From positions 193,716 through 257,715 of the forward strand of contig CAWJSC010000002.1 in NCBI GenBank assembly GCA_963845425.1: a stretch of DNA of 64,000 nt, in the 5' to 3' direction. Shown here one piece after another: positions 18,728-27,594 of the stretch. Origin of the DNA: an uncultured Microthrixaceae bacterium (GTDB lineage Bacteria; Actinomycetota; Acidimicrobiia; Acidimicrobiales; DATDAH01). Under the pieces are notes generated by a model that had not been told where the DNA came from, did no database searches, and saw only the letters and a program-made list of their open reading frames with translations. Position 1 is the stretch's first letter, and every line of letters begins with the position of its first letter. Both the position numbers and the translations under genes were made by a program.

Positions 18728-20179
18728 TCAGTCGGCGGTGAGCTCGTCGCGGAGGGTGCGGCGGAGCAGCTTGCCGGTGTCCGTGTAGGGCAGCTCCGAC
18801 CGGAACTCGATGTGGTCCGGCGTCTTGGAGCCCCGGAGGTGCTCGCGGCACCAGGCCCGGAGCTCGTCCTCCGTGGTGTCGTCGGCCTTGACCACGACGG
18901 CGGCGATGCGCTGGCCCCACTCCTCGTCGGGGAGGCCGATGACCGCGCACTCGGCCACCGCGGCGTGGCGGAGCAGGACGGTCTCGATCTCGGCCGGGGC
19001 CACGTTCTCCCCACCCCGGATGATCGTGTCGTCGGCCCGGCCCTCGAGGTAGAGGTAGCCCTCGTCGTCGATGTGGGCCAGGTCGCCGGTGGGGAACCAG
19101 CCCTCGTCGTCGAGCACCGAATCCATCCCGGCGTACTCACCCGAGACCTGCTCGCCCCGGACCCAGAGCAGGCCGTACCTGACCTCGGCTTCGACGCCGG
19201 GCAGGAGGCGACCGGCGGAGCCGAGCCGAGCCCGAACGGCGGGATCGTCGCTGGCCAAGGCGATCCGGTGGTCGTCGGGACCGAGCACGGCGATGGTCGA
19301 GGAGGTCTCGGTCAGGCCGTAGGCGTTGACGAAGTCGGTGTCGCCGAACGCGGCCAGGGCCCGCTCCAACACCGTCACCGGCATCGGGGCGCCGCCGTAG
19401 GCGAGGGAGCGCAGGGCGGGGAGGTGGGCCGAGCCATCGGCCAGGTGGTCGACCACCCGGGCCAGCATCGTGGGCACGACCAGCGCGTGGGTGACCGCCT
19501 CGGCCCGCGCCGTCGCCAGCCACTCGTCGGGGTCGAACTGCGGCAGGAGGACCACCCGGCGGGTGGCATAGACGTTCGACACCACGTTGGACACGCCGGC
19601 GATGTGGTAGGGCGGGACGCTGACGAGGGCGGCGGCGGTCTCGTCGGACGACGCGAACTCGACGGAGCCGAGCACGTAGGAGCAGAGGTGCTCGTGGCGC
19701 AGGACGGCGGCCTTGGGCTCGGCCGTGGTGCCGCTGGTGAAGAGGAGCAGGGCGATCGCCATCGGGTCCATGGCCCACGGCTCGGCGGGCTCGGCCTGCT
19801 CGGCGGCGGCGATCCACTCGTCGTCGGGCACCACCGTCGCCCCCAAGTCGCGCAGGCGGTCGACGAAGGCCGGGTCGGCCACCACCAGCGGACGGTCGAG
19901 TCGGTCGAGGAGAGGCGCCAGTTGCTCGTCGCTGAGGCGGAAGTTCAGCGGGGCCAACGGGATGCCGGCCCATGACGAGGCGAACACGGCCGTCGGGAAG
20001 ACGTCGGTGGCCAGGCCGACGAACGCCAGCGTGCCCGCCTCCGCCTCCTGCAGCACCCGAGCCGCTCCGCCCGCCCGGTCGAACAGCGCCTGGTAGGTCA
20101 GGCCGTCGTCGGCGCGCCCGAAGGCGACCCGGTCCCCGGCGACCTGCGTCGCCATCTCCAGCAACATCATCAGGTTCAT
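18728..20179 (-). CDS. AMP-dependent acyl-CoA synthetase/ligase
   Basis: 483 aa. AMP-binding motifs LLFTSGTTAEPK, YGLTETS, GWFPTGDLAHIDDEGYLYLEGRADD, and a terminal GKLLRR. Confidence 0.9.
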   Translation of the reverse strand: MNLMMLLEMATQVAGDRVAFGRADDGLTYQALFDRAGGAARVLQEAEAGTLAFVGLATDVFPTAVFASSWAGIPLAPLNFRLSDEQLAPLLDRLDRPLVVADPAFVDRLRDLGATVVPDDEWIAAAEQAEPAEPWAMDPMAIALLLFTSGTTAEPKAAVLRHEHLCSYVLGSVEFASSDETAAALVSVPPYHIAGVSNVVSNVYATRRVVLLPQFDPDEWLATARAEAVTHALVVPTMLARVVDHLADGSAHLPALRSLAYGGAPMPVTVLERALAAFGDTDFVNAYGLTETSSTIAVLGPDDHRIALASDDPAVRARLGSAGRLLPGVEAEVRYGLLWVRGEQVSGEYAGMDSVLDDEGWFPTGDLAHIDDEGYLYLEGRADDTIIRGGENVAPAEIETVLLRHAAVAECAVIGLPDEEWGQRIAAVVVKADDTTEDELRAWCREHLRGSKTPDHIEFRSELPYTDTGKLLRRTLRDELTAD

Positions 20180-20203
20180 GCGGGCCCTCCGGCCTCGTCC
20201 TCA
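20178..20203. repeat. 26-bp direct repeat, copy 1 (contains the ATG and RBS of the downstream acyl-CoA synthetase)
   Basis: ATGCGGGCCCTCCGGCCTCGTCCTCA is identical to 20271-20296. Confidence 0.9.
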
Positions 20204-20214
20204 CCCCGCCTGAT

Positions 20215-20265
20215 CGAAATTGCGCCGATTTGTAACGCCTGGCGTGACAAATCGGCGCAATTTCG
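20215..20265. repeat. 51-nt near-perfect palindrome (19-bp perfect outer arms) in a lower-GC 67-bp insert
   Basis: CGAAATTGCGCCGATTTGT (20215-20233) pairs with ACAAATCGGCGCAATTTCG (20247-20265). The inner arms AACGCC and GGCGTG extend the stem with one mismatch. Confidence 0.9.
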
Positions 20266-20270
20266 GATGG

Positions 20271-20296
20271 ATGCGGGCCCTCCGGCCTCGTCCTCA
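20271..20296. repeat. 26-bp direct repeat, copy 2 (contains the stop codon of the upstream acyl-CoA synthetase)
   Basis: Identical to 20178-20203. The terminal TCA is the TGA stop of the CDS 20294..21868 (-). Confidence 0.9.
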
Positions 20297-21868
20297 GCCA
20301 TACGCGATCTCCTTGGCCCACGTGTAGTCGGCCTTCCCCACCGCGGTGCGCTGCACCGCAGCCACCACCGTCACCTGCCGAGGGACCTTGTATCCCGCGA
20401 TGTGCCCGCGGGCGTGCGCCTGCAGATCCTCCAACGAGGGCTCGGCCGCGCCGTCCCGGAGCTGGACGACGGCGGCCACGCGCTGGCCGTAGGCCTCGTC
20501 CGGCACCCCGACCACAATGGCGTCGAACACGGCGGGATGGGCCTTCAGCGTGGTCTCGACCTCCTCGGGGAAGATCTTCTCTCCGCCCGAGTTGATGACC
20601 ACCGTCCCCCGGCCGAGGACCACGATCGAACCGTCCTCCTCCACCCGGGCCCGGTCCCCCGGCACCGACCACCGCACCCCGTCGACGACGGGGAAGGTGC
20701 GGGCCGTCTTCTCGGGGTCCCCCCAGTAGCCCAAGGGGATGGCCCCGGTGCGGGCCAGCAGGCCGGTACCGCCGGGGCCGACGGGACGGAAGTCCTCGTC
20801 CAGCACCGCGGTGTCGGCGTCGGCGACCAGGCGGGGGGCCTCCTCGCCCTTGTCGTGGGCCACCCGGCCCTGGGGCCCGGTCTCGGAGGCGCCGAAGCGG
20901 TTGACCACCCGGGCCTGGGGCAGCAGCTCACGCAGGTCGGCCTGGACCGACGGCGAGAGCACCGCCCCCGATGACGAGATCATCTGCAGCTCGCCCAGGT
21001 CGTAGCGGTCGCCGTTGCGCTTCAGCTCGTCGGCCAGCCGTAGCGCGAGGACGTCGCCCACCAGCTGGATGAGTTGGATCCGTTCCTCCGCCACGTAGGT
21101 GAGCGACCGGGCGGCGTCGAAGTGCCGGTCGCCGTCCAGGAAGAGCGTGCCCCCGGTGTAGAGCGTCGTCAGGGCCGTCCACTGGGCCAGGCCGTGCATG
21201 AGCGGGGCGAGGGGGATGCGACGGTCCACGCCGGTCCCCTTGCGGGCCCAGGCGCCGATGTCGGCCGGGTCGTCGAGGCGGGGGATGCCGCGCCGGGGGA
21301 CGCCCGCTCCACCGACGACGCCGAAGAAGAGGTCCTCGTGGCGCCACATGACCCCCTTGGGCATCCCCGTGGTTCCGCCGGTGTAGAGGAGGTAGATGTC
21401 GTCGTTGCTCCGGTCGAGCACCTCGATGCGCTCGGGAGAGGCGCCCGCCAGGGCGGCCTCGTACTCGTCGCCCCGGACCAGGACGTGGGGTGGGGGCCCG
21501 GCCTCGTGGACCCGATCCGCCAGGTCGGCCTCGGTGATGACGACCACCGGCGACGCGTCCTCGAAGTGGTAGCGCAGCTCGTCAGCCACGTACCGGTGGT
21601 TGAGGTTGATGGGGATGGCCCGCAACTTGTAGGCGGCGAGCATGGCCTCGAGGTACTCGGTGCCGTTGTGGACGTGGCAACCGATGGTCGAGCCGACGCC
21701 GACGCCGCAGTCCCGGAGGTGGTGGGCCAGGCGATTGGCCCGAGCCTCCAGTTCGGCATGGGTGAGGCGCCGCTCCCCGTGCTCCTCGCTGCGGACGACG
21801 ACCGCCTCCCGCTCGTCGCCGAGCTCGTCGACCACGCCCTCCCACAGATCGGCCAGCTGGTGGGTCAC
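20294..21868 (-). CDS. AMP-dependent acyl-CoA synthetase/ligase
   Basis: 524 aa. Motifs YLLYTGGTTGMPKGV, FGASETG, SVPGDRARVEEDGSIVVLGRG and GKADY. GTG start with a GAAGGAAG RBS. Confidence 0.9.
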   Translation of the reverse strand: MTHQLADLWEGVVDELGDEREAVVVRSEEHGERRLTHAELEARANRLAHHLRDCGVGVGSTIGCHVHNGTEYLEAMLAAYKLRAIPINLNHRYVADELRYHFEDASPVVVITEADLADRVHEAGPPPHVLVRGDEYEAALAGASPERIEVLDRSNDDIYLLYTGGTTGMPKGVMWRHEDLFFGVVGGAGVPRRGIPRLDDPADIGAWARKGTGVDRRIPLAPLMHGLAQWTALTTLYTGGTLFLDGDRHFDAARSLTYVAEERIQLIQLVGDVLALRLADELKRNGDRYDLGELQMISSSGAVLSPSVQADLRELLPQARVVNRFGASETGPQGRVAHDKGEEAPRLVADADTAVLDEDFRPVGPGGTGLLARTGAIPLGYWGDPEKTARTFPVVDGVRWSVPGDRARVEEDGSIVVLGRGTVVINSGGEKIFPEEVETTLKAHPAVFDAIVVGVPDEAYGQRVAAVVQLRDGAAEPSLEDLQAHARGHIAGYKVPRQVTVVAAVQRTAVGKADYTWAKEIAYG

Positions 21869-21875
21869 GCTTCCT

Positions 21876-24203
21876 TCATAGCCCGGTCGGGGCGGTGCCG
21901 ATTATTCCGGCGGCGGTCAAGCGGTCGAGCTCGTCGGCGCTCAGGCCCAGCTCACCGCCCAGGACCTCGTGGTCGTGCTCGCCCATGGTCGGGGCGGGCC
22001 GGGTGAGCCACCGCTCGACCGATGCGTAGCGGAAGGGCAGGCCGACGAAGTCCCGGGGGCCGCACACCGGGTGGTCGAGCTCCTCGAAGAAGCCCCGGGC
22101 GGCCAACTGCGGGTGGGTGGCGCTGGTGCGGGGGTCACGGGCCGCACCCGCCGGGACCCCCGCGGTGACCAGCGCGTCGACCGTCGGCCCCAGCTCCCGG
22201 TCGGCGGCCCACGCCGCCAGCTCGGCGTCGATGACGTCGTGGGCGGCCCACCGCCCGGCGTGGGTGGCCAGGTCGGGCGCCTCGGCCCACGCCGGGCGCC
22301 CGAGGACGTCCACCAGCTCGACCCACTGGGCGTCGGTGGCCACCGAGACGGCGAGCCACTGCTCCTCCCCCACACAGGGATAGAGACCCTGGGGGGCGAA
22401 GCCTGGCGCCCGGTTGCCCAGGCGCTGGAGCTCGACCCCGTTGGCCGTCCACTCGATCACCTGCTCGGCGGCCACGTTGAGCGCGGCCTCGACCATGGTC
22501 GACTCGATGAAGGCACCGTGGCCGGTGCGCTCACGCTCCCGCAGGGCGGTGAGCACGGCGAAGGCGGCGTGGGCCCCGGCCAGGGGGTCACACGGGCCCC
22601 GGGGGATGCGGGGCTGGTCGTCGACGTGACCGGTGATCCAGGCCATGCCCGTGACCTGCTCCATGGTCTGGGCGAAGCCGACCCGGTCCCGCCACGGGCC
22701 GTCCAGGCCGAAGGCGGGCATGCGCACGAGCACCAGGCCGGGGTTGAGGTCGTGCAGCCGGTCCGGCGTCAGCCCGAAGCGCTCGGCCACTCGGGGGCTG
22801 AAGTTCTCCAGCAGGACGTCGGCATCGGCCAGGAGGCGGTCGAGCAACAGCCGGCCGTCCGTGGTGGTCAGGTCGAGGGTGATGCCCCGCTTGCCCGTGT
22901 TGGCCGACAGGGCGATGGCCGACCGCTCCCACCACCGGGGCTGGTCGGCGAACAGCCCGCCCGCCATGCGCATGCCGTCGGGCTGCCGGGTGGCCTCGAG
23001 GTGCAACACGTCGGCCCCCAACAGGGCCAGGAGCCGCCCCGCCTCCGGTCCTGCCCACCACGCCGTCGCGTCGATGACCCGCACCCCCGCCAGCGGCAGC
23101 CCCCGGTCTGGGTGCGCTCCGCCACGGTGGGCCGCGGGTGGGAGCCCCCAGAACGGGTGGGTGGTGGAGCCGAGGTCCGGGGCGGGTCGGGTGGTGTCGG
23201 CCCGCACGCCGTCGAGGGCATAGGGGCTGCGGGGCTGGCGGAAGGTGCCGGTGGCGTCCTCGACGAAGACCCCGCGTTCGACGAAGTGGTCGATCTCGGG
23301 CACACCCCGCCCGCTCATGACCGGCGCCACCGGGATGCGCATCGCCGCCGCCCGCTCCACGATGTCGGCGGTGGTGTGGCGGCTGGTCCAGGGGTGGACG
23401 ATGGCGTTCCACTCCTCCATCCGGGCGATGCGCTGGGCGATGCTGATCCAGTCGGGGTCGTCCAGCAGGTCCGGACGCTCGATGAGGACCAGGAAGTCGT
23501 CGAACTGCTGGCGGGTGTTCGTGTTGAAGCCGACGTAGCCGTCGAGGGTGGGCTCGATGGACGGGACCTCGAGCGTCCGGGCCGGACCGGTGGGCTCGAC
23601 GCCTATCAGGCTCCACATCAGGTCCAGGAAGAGGCTCCCGGCCAGCGTCATCGTCTCCAACTCGGAGACGTCGACGTGCACGCCCGGCGGGGCGGCGAGG
23701 GCGGCGACCGCGGCGTAGGCCCCGGTCACCCATTCGGCCAGGCGCCCACCGGCCGCCACGGGGGGCTGGTCACGACGGCCCCGGAAGGCGATCGAGCCGG
23801 ACTCGGCCTGCACGATGAAGTCGGTGGCGGGCCGACCGGCCCAGGGGCCGGTACGCCCGTAGGGGGTGATGGAGCAGACCGTCGTGCCCCCATCGCGGAG
23901 CCCGATGCGGTCGATCGAGCGGTGGCCCCCTTCGACCACTAGTCGGGTCTCCGCGAGCAGCGCGTCGAGATCGGCGTCGTCGGCCACCACCGACGCCTTG
24001 CCCGCCGACAGGAACCGGAACAGCGGACCGGCGTCACCGGTGGGCGAGCCCGATGCCGACCACCGCCGCAGCCGGTGGCCCTCCGGAGGCTCGACCAGGA
24101 CGACCTCGGCCCCGGCGTCGGCGAGGAGCTTGGTGGCGTAGGCCCCGGCGATCCCCGCGGTGAGGTCGACGACCCGGTGCCCCTCCAGCCATCCTCCGCT
24201 CAC
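21876..24203 (-). CDS. Fused double family-III (CaiB/BaiF) CoA-transferase, 775 aa
   Basis: Track ORF 21876..24947 trimmed to GTG 24203, which forms a GTGA overlap with the upstream stop. Two complete repeats each open with the family-III Rossmann signature (HRVVDLTAGIAGAYATKLLADAGAEVVLVEPPEG; VRVIDATAWWAGPEAGRLLALLGADVLHLEATRQPDG). Confidence 0.85.
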   Translation of the reverse strand: MSGGWLEGHRVVDLTAGIAGAYATKLLADAGAEVVLVEPPEGHRLRRWSASGSPTGDAGPLFRFLSAGKASVVADDADLDALLAETRLVVEGGHRSIDRIGLRDGGTTVCSITPYGRTGPWAGRPATDFIVQAESGSIAFRGRRDQPPVAAGGRLAEWVTGAYAAVAALAAPPGVHVDVSELETMTLAGSLFLDLMWSLIGVEPTGPARTLEVPSIEPTLDGYVGFNTNTRQQFDDFLVLIERPDLLDDPDWISIAQRIARMEEWNAIVHPWTSRHTTADIVERAAAMRIPVAPVMSGRGVPEIDHFVERGVFVEDATGTFRQPRSPYALDGVRADTTRPAPDLGSTTHPFWGLPPAAHRGGAHPDRGLPLAGVRVIDATAWWAGPEAGRLLALLGADVLHLEATRQPDGMRMAGGLFADQPRWWERSAIALSANTGKRGITLDLTTTDGRLLLDRLLADADVLLENFSPRVAERFGLTPDRLHDLNPGLVLVRMPAFGLDGPWRDRVGFAQTMEQVTGMAWITGHVDDQPRIPRGPCDPLAGAHAAFAVLTALRERERTGHGAFIESTMVEAALNVAAEQVIEWTANGVELQRLGNRAPGFAPQGLYPCVGEEQWLAVSVATDAQWVELVDVLGRPAWAEAPDLATHAGRWAAHDVIDAELAAWAADRELGPTVDALVTAGVPAGAARDPRTSATHPQLAARGFFEELDHPVCGPRDFVGLPFRYASVERWLTRPAPTMGEHDHEVLGGELGLSADELDRLTAAGIIGTAPTGL

Positions 24204-25363
24204 GAGAGCCCGTAGAGGGCGGCGGCGTTGTCGTGGAGGACCTTGGCCAGCACGTCGTCGGCGAGCGCGCCGAGGGACTCGGTGACGTACTCGCGGGGCC
24301 GCTGGGCCGGCGTGCGGGGCCCGGGGTGCTGGCAGGTCGGGTGGGGGAAGTCTGTCTCGTAGAGGATGTTGTCCGGGTAGCGCTCGATGGCCCCGAGGGC
24401 GGCGGAGCGTTCGAACCAGAAGCAGGCGTACACCTGCCGGCGGAAGTACTCCGACGGCAGCAGGTCGTACTCGGGGTGCTCCTCGCCGATGCCGCCGTTG
24501 CGCCACTGCCAGTCGAAGGCCTCCAGGACCCCCGGCAGCCAGCCCACCCCGGATTCCACCGAGACGAAGCGGACCTCGGGGAAGCGGTGGCACACGCCCC
24601 CGAAGAACAGGTCCCCCAGACAGCGCATGTTGTCGAGGATCATCATGGCCGACTCCTTGCCGAGGTTGGCCTGCAGGCCGATGCCCCCGACGTCGTCCAT
24701 CAGGTTGCCCAGGCCCCCACCGCCGATGTGGAAGCTGACCGACAGGCCGGTGTCGCGGGCCGCGGCCCAGATGGGGTCCCAGTGCGCGGAGCCCAGCGGG
24801 GGCTCGTCGTAGTTCTGGGGCTGGCTGCACATGTTCACGGCCCGGTGGCCCATGGCCGCCGCCCGCTCGACCTCCGCCACCGCGAACTCGAGATCCCAGA
24901 ACGGGGTGGCGATGACCGGGAGGAGGCGCTCGGGGTCCGCCGAGCACCAGTCGGTGAGGAAGTCGTTGTAGGCCCGGACGCTGGCGGCCACGACGTCGCG
25001 GTCACCGAGGCGGAGGAAGAAGCCGTTCCCGAAGCCCCCGACGTTGGGGTAGAGGACCTGGGCCCGGATCCCCTCCTCGTCGAGGAACGCCAACCGGGCG
25101 TCGGCGTCGTACGCCGCCGGCGGGATCTCGCTGAAGTCCCGGGGCATGTCGGGGATGACCCCGTCGAAGCCGGCCATCGAATAGGCGCCGGGGGCGCCGA
25201 TGAACTGGTCGCCCGCCACCCACATCTCCCGGTCGCCCTGGCGGACGATCCGCGGCACCTGGTCCTGCATGGCCGCGGGCACCCGCGAGGTCCAGAGGTC
25301 GGGTGGCTCGGTCAGGTGGGTGTCGACGTCGATGACGGCGAAGCGGTCGAACAGGTCGGTCAT
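24200..25363 (-). CDS. Amidohydrolase-2 family protein (ACMSD/LigW-like metal-dependent hydrolase/decarboxylase)
   Basis: 387 aa: FAVIDVDTHLTEPPDLW, ...VSFHIGGGG..., YETDFPHPT. This fits the TIM-barrel amidohydrolase_2 metal ligand pattern. Confidence 0.85.
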   Translation of the reverse strand: MTDLFDRFAVIDVDTHLTEPPDLWTSRVPAAMQDQVPRIVRQGDREMWVAGDQFIGAPGAYSMAGFDGVIPDMPRDFSEIPPAAYDADARLAFLDEEGIRAQVLYPNVGGFGNGFFLRLGDRDVVAASVRAYNDFLTDWCSADPERLLPVIATPFWDLEFAVAEVERAAAMGHRAVNMCSQPQNYDEPPLGSAHWDPIWAAARDTGLSVSFHIGGGGLGNLMDDVGGIGLQANLGKESAMMILDNMRCLGDLFFGGVCHRFPEVRFVSVESGVGWLPGVLEAFDWQWRNGGIGEEHPEYDLLPSEYFRRQVYACFWFERSAALGAIERYPDNILYETDFPHPTCQHPGPRTPAQRPREYVTESLGALADDVLAKVLHDNAAALYGLS

Positions 25364-25484
25364 GGCGGATCCCCCTCGACCGCGACGCTAGTGATCCGCC
25401 GAGGCAGCCGGTTCCGCACCGTCGATGGGCCCCGACCCGGACCCTCGTCGCCCCGGAACGGCGCGGGGTGGTAGTCATCACCCG

Positions 25485-26189
25485 ATGGCAGCGTTGGTCG
25501 GCATCACCACCTATCCGCCGAACGGGGCGGACCGGTACGAGCTGCCGGAGGAGTACGTGGAAGCCGTGCGCCGGGCGGGGGCCGTCCCGGTCCTGATCGC
25601 CCCCGGCGAGCCCCGACTGGACGACCTGCTCGACCGACTCGACGCGGTGGTGCTGGCCGGCGGGGGCGACATCGACCCGGCCCGCTGGGGCGGCGACCGC
25701 CATCCCGCCGTCGAGTTCGTGGACCGGGACCGGGACGACCTGGAGCTGGCCCTGGCCCAGCGGGTCCTCGACGACGGTGTGCCCACGCTCGCCATCTGCC
25801 GGGGCCTCCAGGTGGTCAACACCGCTCTCGGCGGGACGCTGCACCCCCACCTGCCCGACGCCGTGACCACCGACGAGCCCCATCGCCGCGAGCCCAAGTG
25901 GTCCCACACCCATCGGGTGTCGGTGGATCCCGGCTCGCTCGTCGCCCGCACGATGGGCACCGACATCGTCGAGCCCGCCTGCTGGCACCACCAGGCCATC
26001 GACCGGCCGGGCACCGGCCTCACCGTCACCGCCCGCTCGCCCGACGGTGTCATCGAGGCCGTCGAGCTGGCTGGTCACCCCTGGCTGGTGGCGGTGCAGT
26101 GGCACCCGGAGATGACCGCGGCCGATGATGCGGCCCAGCAACGGCTCTTCGACGGCCTCGTCGAGGCCATCACCGCGAACAAGGACTGA
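25485..26189 (+). CDS. Gamma-glutamyl-GABA hydrolase-like class-I glutamine amidotransferase (peptidase C26)
   Basis: ATG 25485 inside track ORF 25425..26189. Has LAGGGDIDP, the nucleophile elbow AICRGLQVVN, and AVQWHPE (the His-Glu of the triad). Confidence 0.85.
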   Translation: MAALVGITTYPPNGADRYELPEEYVEAVRRAGAVPVLIAPGEPRLDDLLDRLDAVVLAGGGDIDPARWGGDRHPAVEFVDRDRDDLELALAQRVLDDGVPTLAICRGLQVVNTALGGTLHPHLPDAVTTDEPHRREPKWSHTHRVSVDPGSLVARTMGTDIVEPACWHHQAIDRPGTGLTVTARSPDGVIEAVELAGHPWLVAVQWHPEMTAADDAAQQRLFDGLVEAITANKD

Positions 26190-26193
26190 CCAC

Positions 26194-26967
26194 ATGCGAC
26201 TGGACGGGAAGGTGGCCCTCATCACCGGGGCGGCGTCGGGGATCGGCTTGGCAACGGCCCGGCGTTTCGCCGCCGAGGGGGCCGCAGTGGTCTGCGCCGA
26301 CCTGGACGGCGAGGGGGCGGAGCGCACGGCGAGCAAGCTCACCGAGGCGGGGGGCCGGGCCACCGGCCTGGCCGCCGACGTGTCCTCCGCGGCGGACGCC
26401 GAGCGCATGGTGGCCGTCGCCGAGGAGAGCTTCGGGGCCCTGCACGTCGCCTTCAACAACGCCGGGATCATGCTGAGCGCCGACGGCGACGCCGAGTCCA
26501 CCGACGAGGGCGTCTGGGACACGACCATGGCCGTGAACCTGAAGGGTGTGTTCCTGGGCTGCAAGCACCAGATCCCGGCCATGCGCCGGGCAGGGGGCGG
26601 CTCGATCATCAACACCGCCTCCTTCGTCGCCCTGATGGGGGCGGCCACGGCCCAGATCGCCTACACCGCCTCCAAGGGCGGGGTACTGGCCATGACCCGG
26701 GAACTCGCCGTCATCCACGCCCGGGAGGGCATCCGGGTCAACGCCCTGTGCCCGGGCCCGCTGCGCACCGAGCTGCTGATGAAGTTCCTCGACACCGAGG
26801 AGAAGAAGCAACGCCGCCTGGTCCACATCCCGATGGGCCGCTTCGGTGAGGCCGAGGAGATGGCCGACGCCGCTCTCTTCCTGGCCTCCGACGAGTCCTC
26901 CTTCACCACCGGCACCGAGTTCGTCGTCGACGGCGGCATCACCGCCGCCTATGTCACCCCCGAATGA
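26194..26967 (+). CDS. Short-chain dehydrogenase/reductase (SDR)
   Basis: ATG 26194 inside track ORF 26125..26967. Motifs: ITGAASGIGLATA, NNAG, YTASKGGV (YxxxK), PGPLRT. Confidence 0.9.
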   Translation: MRLDGKVALITGAASGIGLATARRFAAEGAAVVCADLDGEGAERTASKLTEAGGRATGLAADVSSAADAERMVAVAEESFGALHVAFNNAGIMLSADGDAESTDEGVWDTTMAVNLKGVFLGCKHQIPAMRRAGGGSIINTASFVALMGAATAQIAYTASKGGVLAMTRELAVIHAREGIRVNALCPGPLRTELLMKFLDTEEKKQRRLVHIPMGRFGEAEEMADAALFLASDESSFTTGTEFVVDGGITAAYVTPE

Positions 26968-27563
26968 CACCGACGACTCCGATGAAAGCAGTGGCCGGGC
27001 CCGACGGGAGGATGCGATGTCCCTGGCCCGGGACCCTGCCGGACTACGTCGCCTATCACGACGACGAGTGGGGACAGCCGGTCCACGACGACCGGCGGTT
27101 GTTCGAGAAGCTGTGCCTGGAGGGGTTCCAGTCCGGGTTGTCCTGGCTGACCATCCTGCGCAAGCGGGACAACTTCCGGTCCGCCTTCGCCGACTTCGAA
27201 CCCGGCGTGGTGGCGGCTTACGACGAGCCCGAGATCGGGGTGCTCCTGCAGGACGCCGGGATCATCCGCCACCGGGGGAAGATCGAGGCCACGGTCAACA
27301 ACGCCGCCCGGGCCCTCGAACTGATCGAGGAGTGCGGCTCCCTCGACGTCTACCTCTGGTCCTGGCAGCCGGCCGGGCGGGAGCCGGACGTGAAGGACCC
27401 GACCGCGGACCTCCCCGCCCGGACCGCCACCTCGACCGCGCTGAGCAAGGACCTGAAGAAGCGGGGATGGAAGTTCGTCGGCCCCACCACGGTCTACGCC
27501 TTCATGCAGGCCATGGGCCTCGTCGACGACCACGTCGACGGGTGCGAATGGCGTCGAGCCTGA
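26964..27563 (+). CDS. tag: DNA-3-methyladenine glycosylase I
   Basis: RCPWPGTLPDYVAYHDDEWGQPVHDDRRLFEKLCLEGFQSGLSWLTILRKR...VDDHVDGC is the Tag signature including the Zn-snap Cys/His. ATGA overlap with the SDR stop; an internal ATG (26982 or 27012) may be the true start. Confidence 0.9.
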   Translation: MTPTTPMKAVAGPDGRMRCPWPGTLPDYVAYHDDEWGQPVHDDRRLFEKLCLEGFQSGLSWLTILRKRDNFRSAFADFEPGVVAAYDEPEIGVLLQDAGIIRHRGKIEATVNNAARALELIEECGSLDVYLWSWQPAGREPDVKDPTADLPARTATSTALSKDLKKRGWKFVGPTTVYAFMQAMGLVDDHVDGCEWRRA

Positions 27564-27594
27564 GCCCCTCGCCGAAACGCGCCACAATCCCCCC

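Noticed and set aside
24204-24947. First 248 codons of track ORF 21876..24947 (-)
   Set aside because: They overlap the amidohydrolase gene out of frame. The CoA-transferase Rossmann motif begins right after GTG 24203, which forms a GTGA overlap with the amidohydrolase stop.
25364-25484. GGCGGATC...GATCCGCC 8-bp inverted repeat in the amidohydrolase / GATase divergent spacer, considered as an operator
   Set aside because: It has short arms, 21-nt spacing and GC-rich composition, so it is at chance level without further copies.
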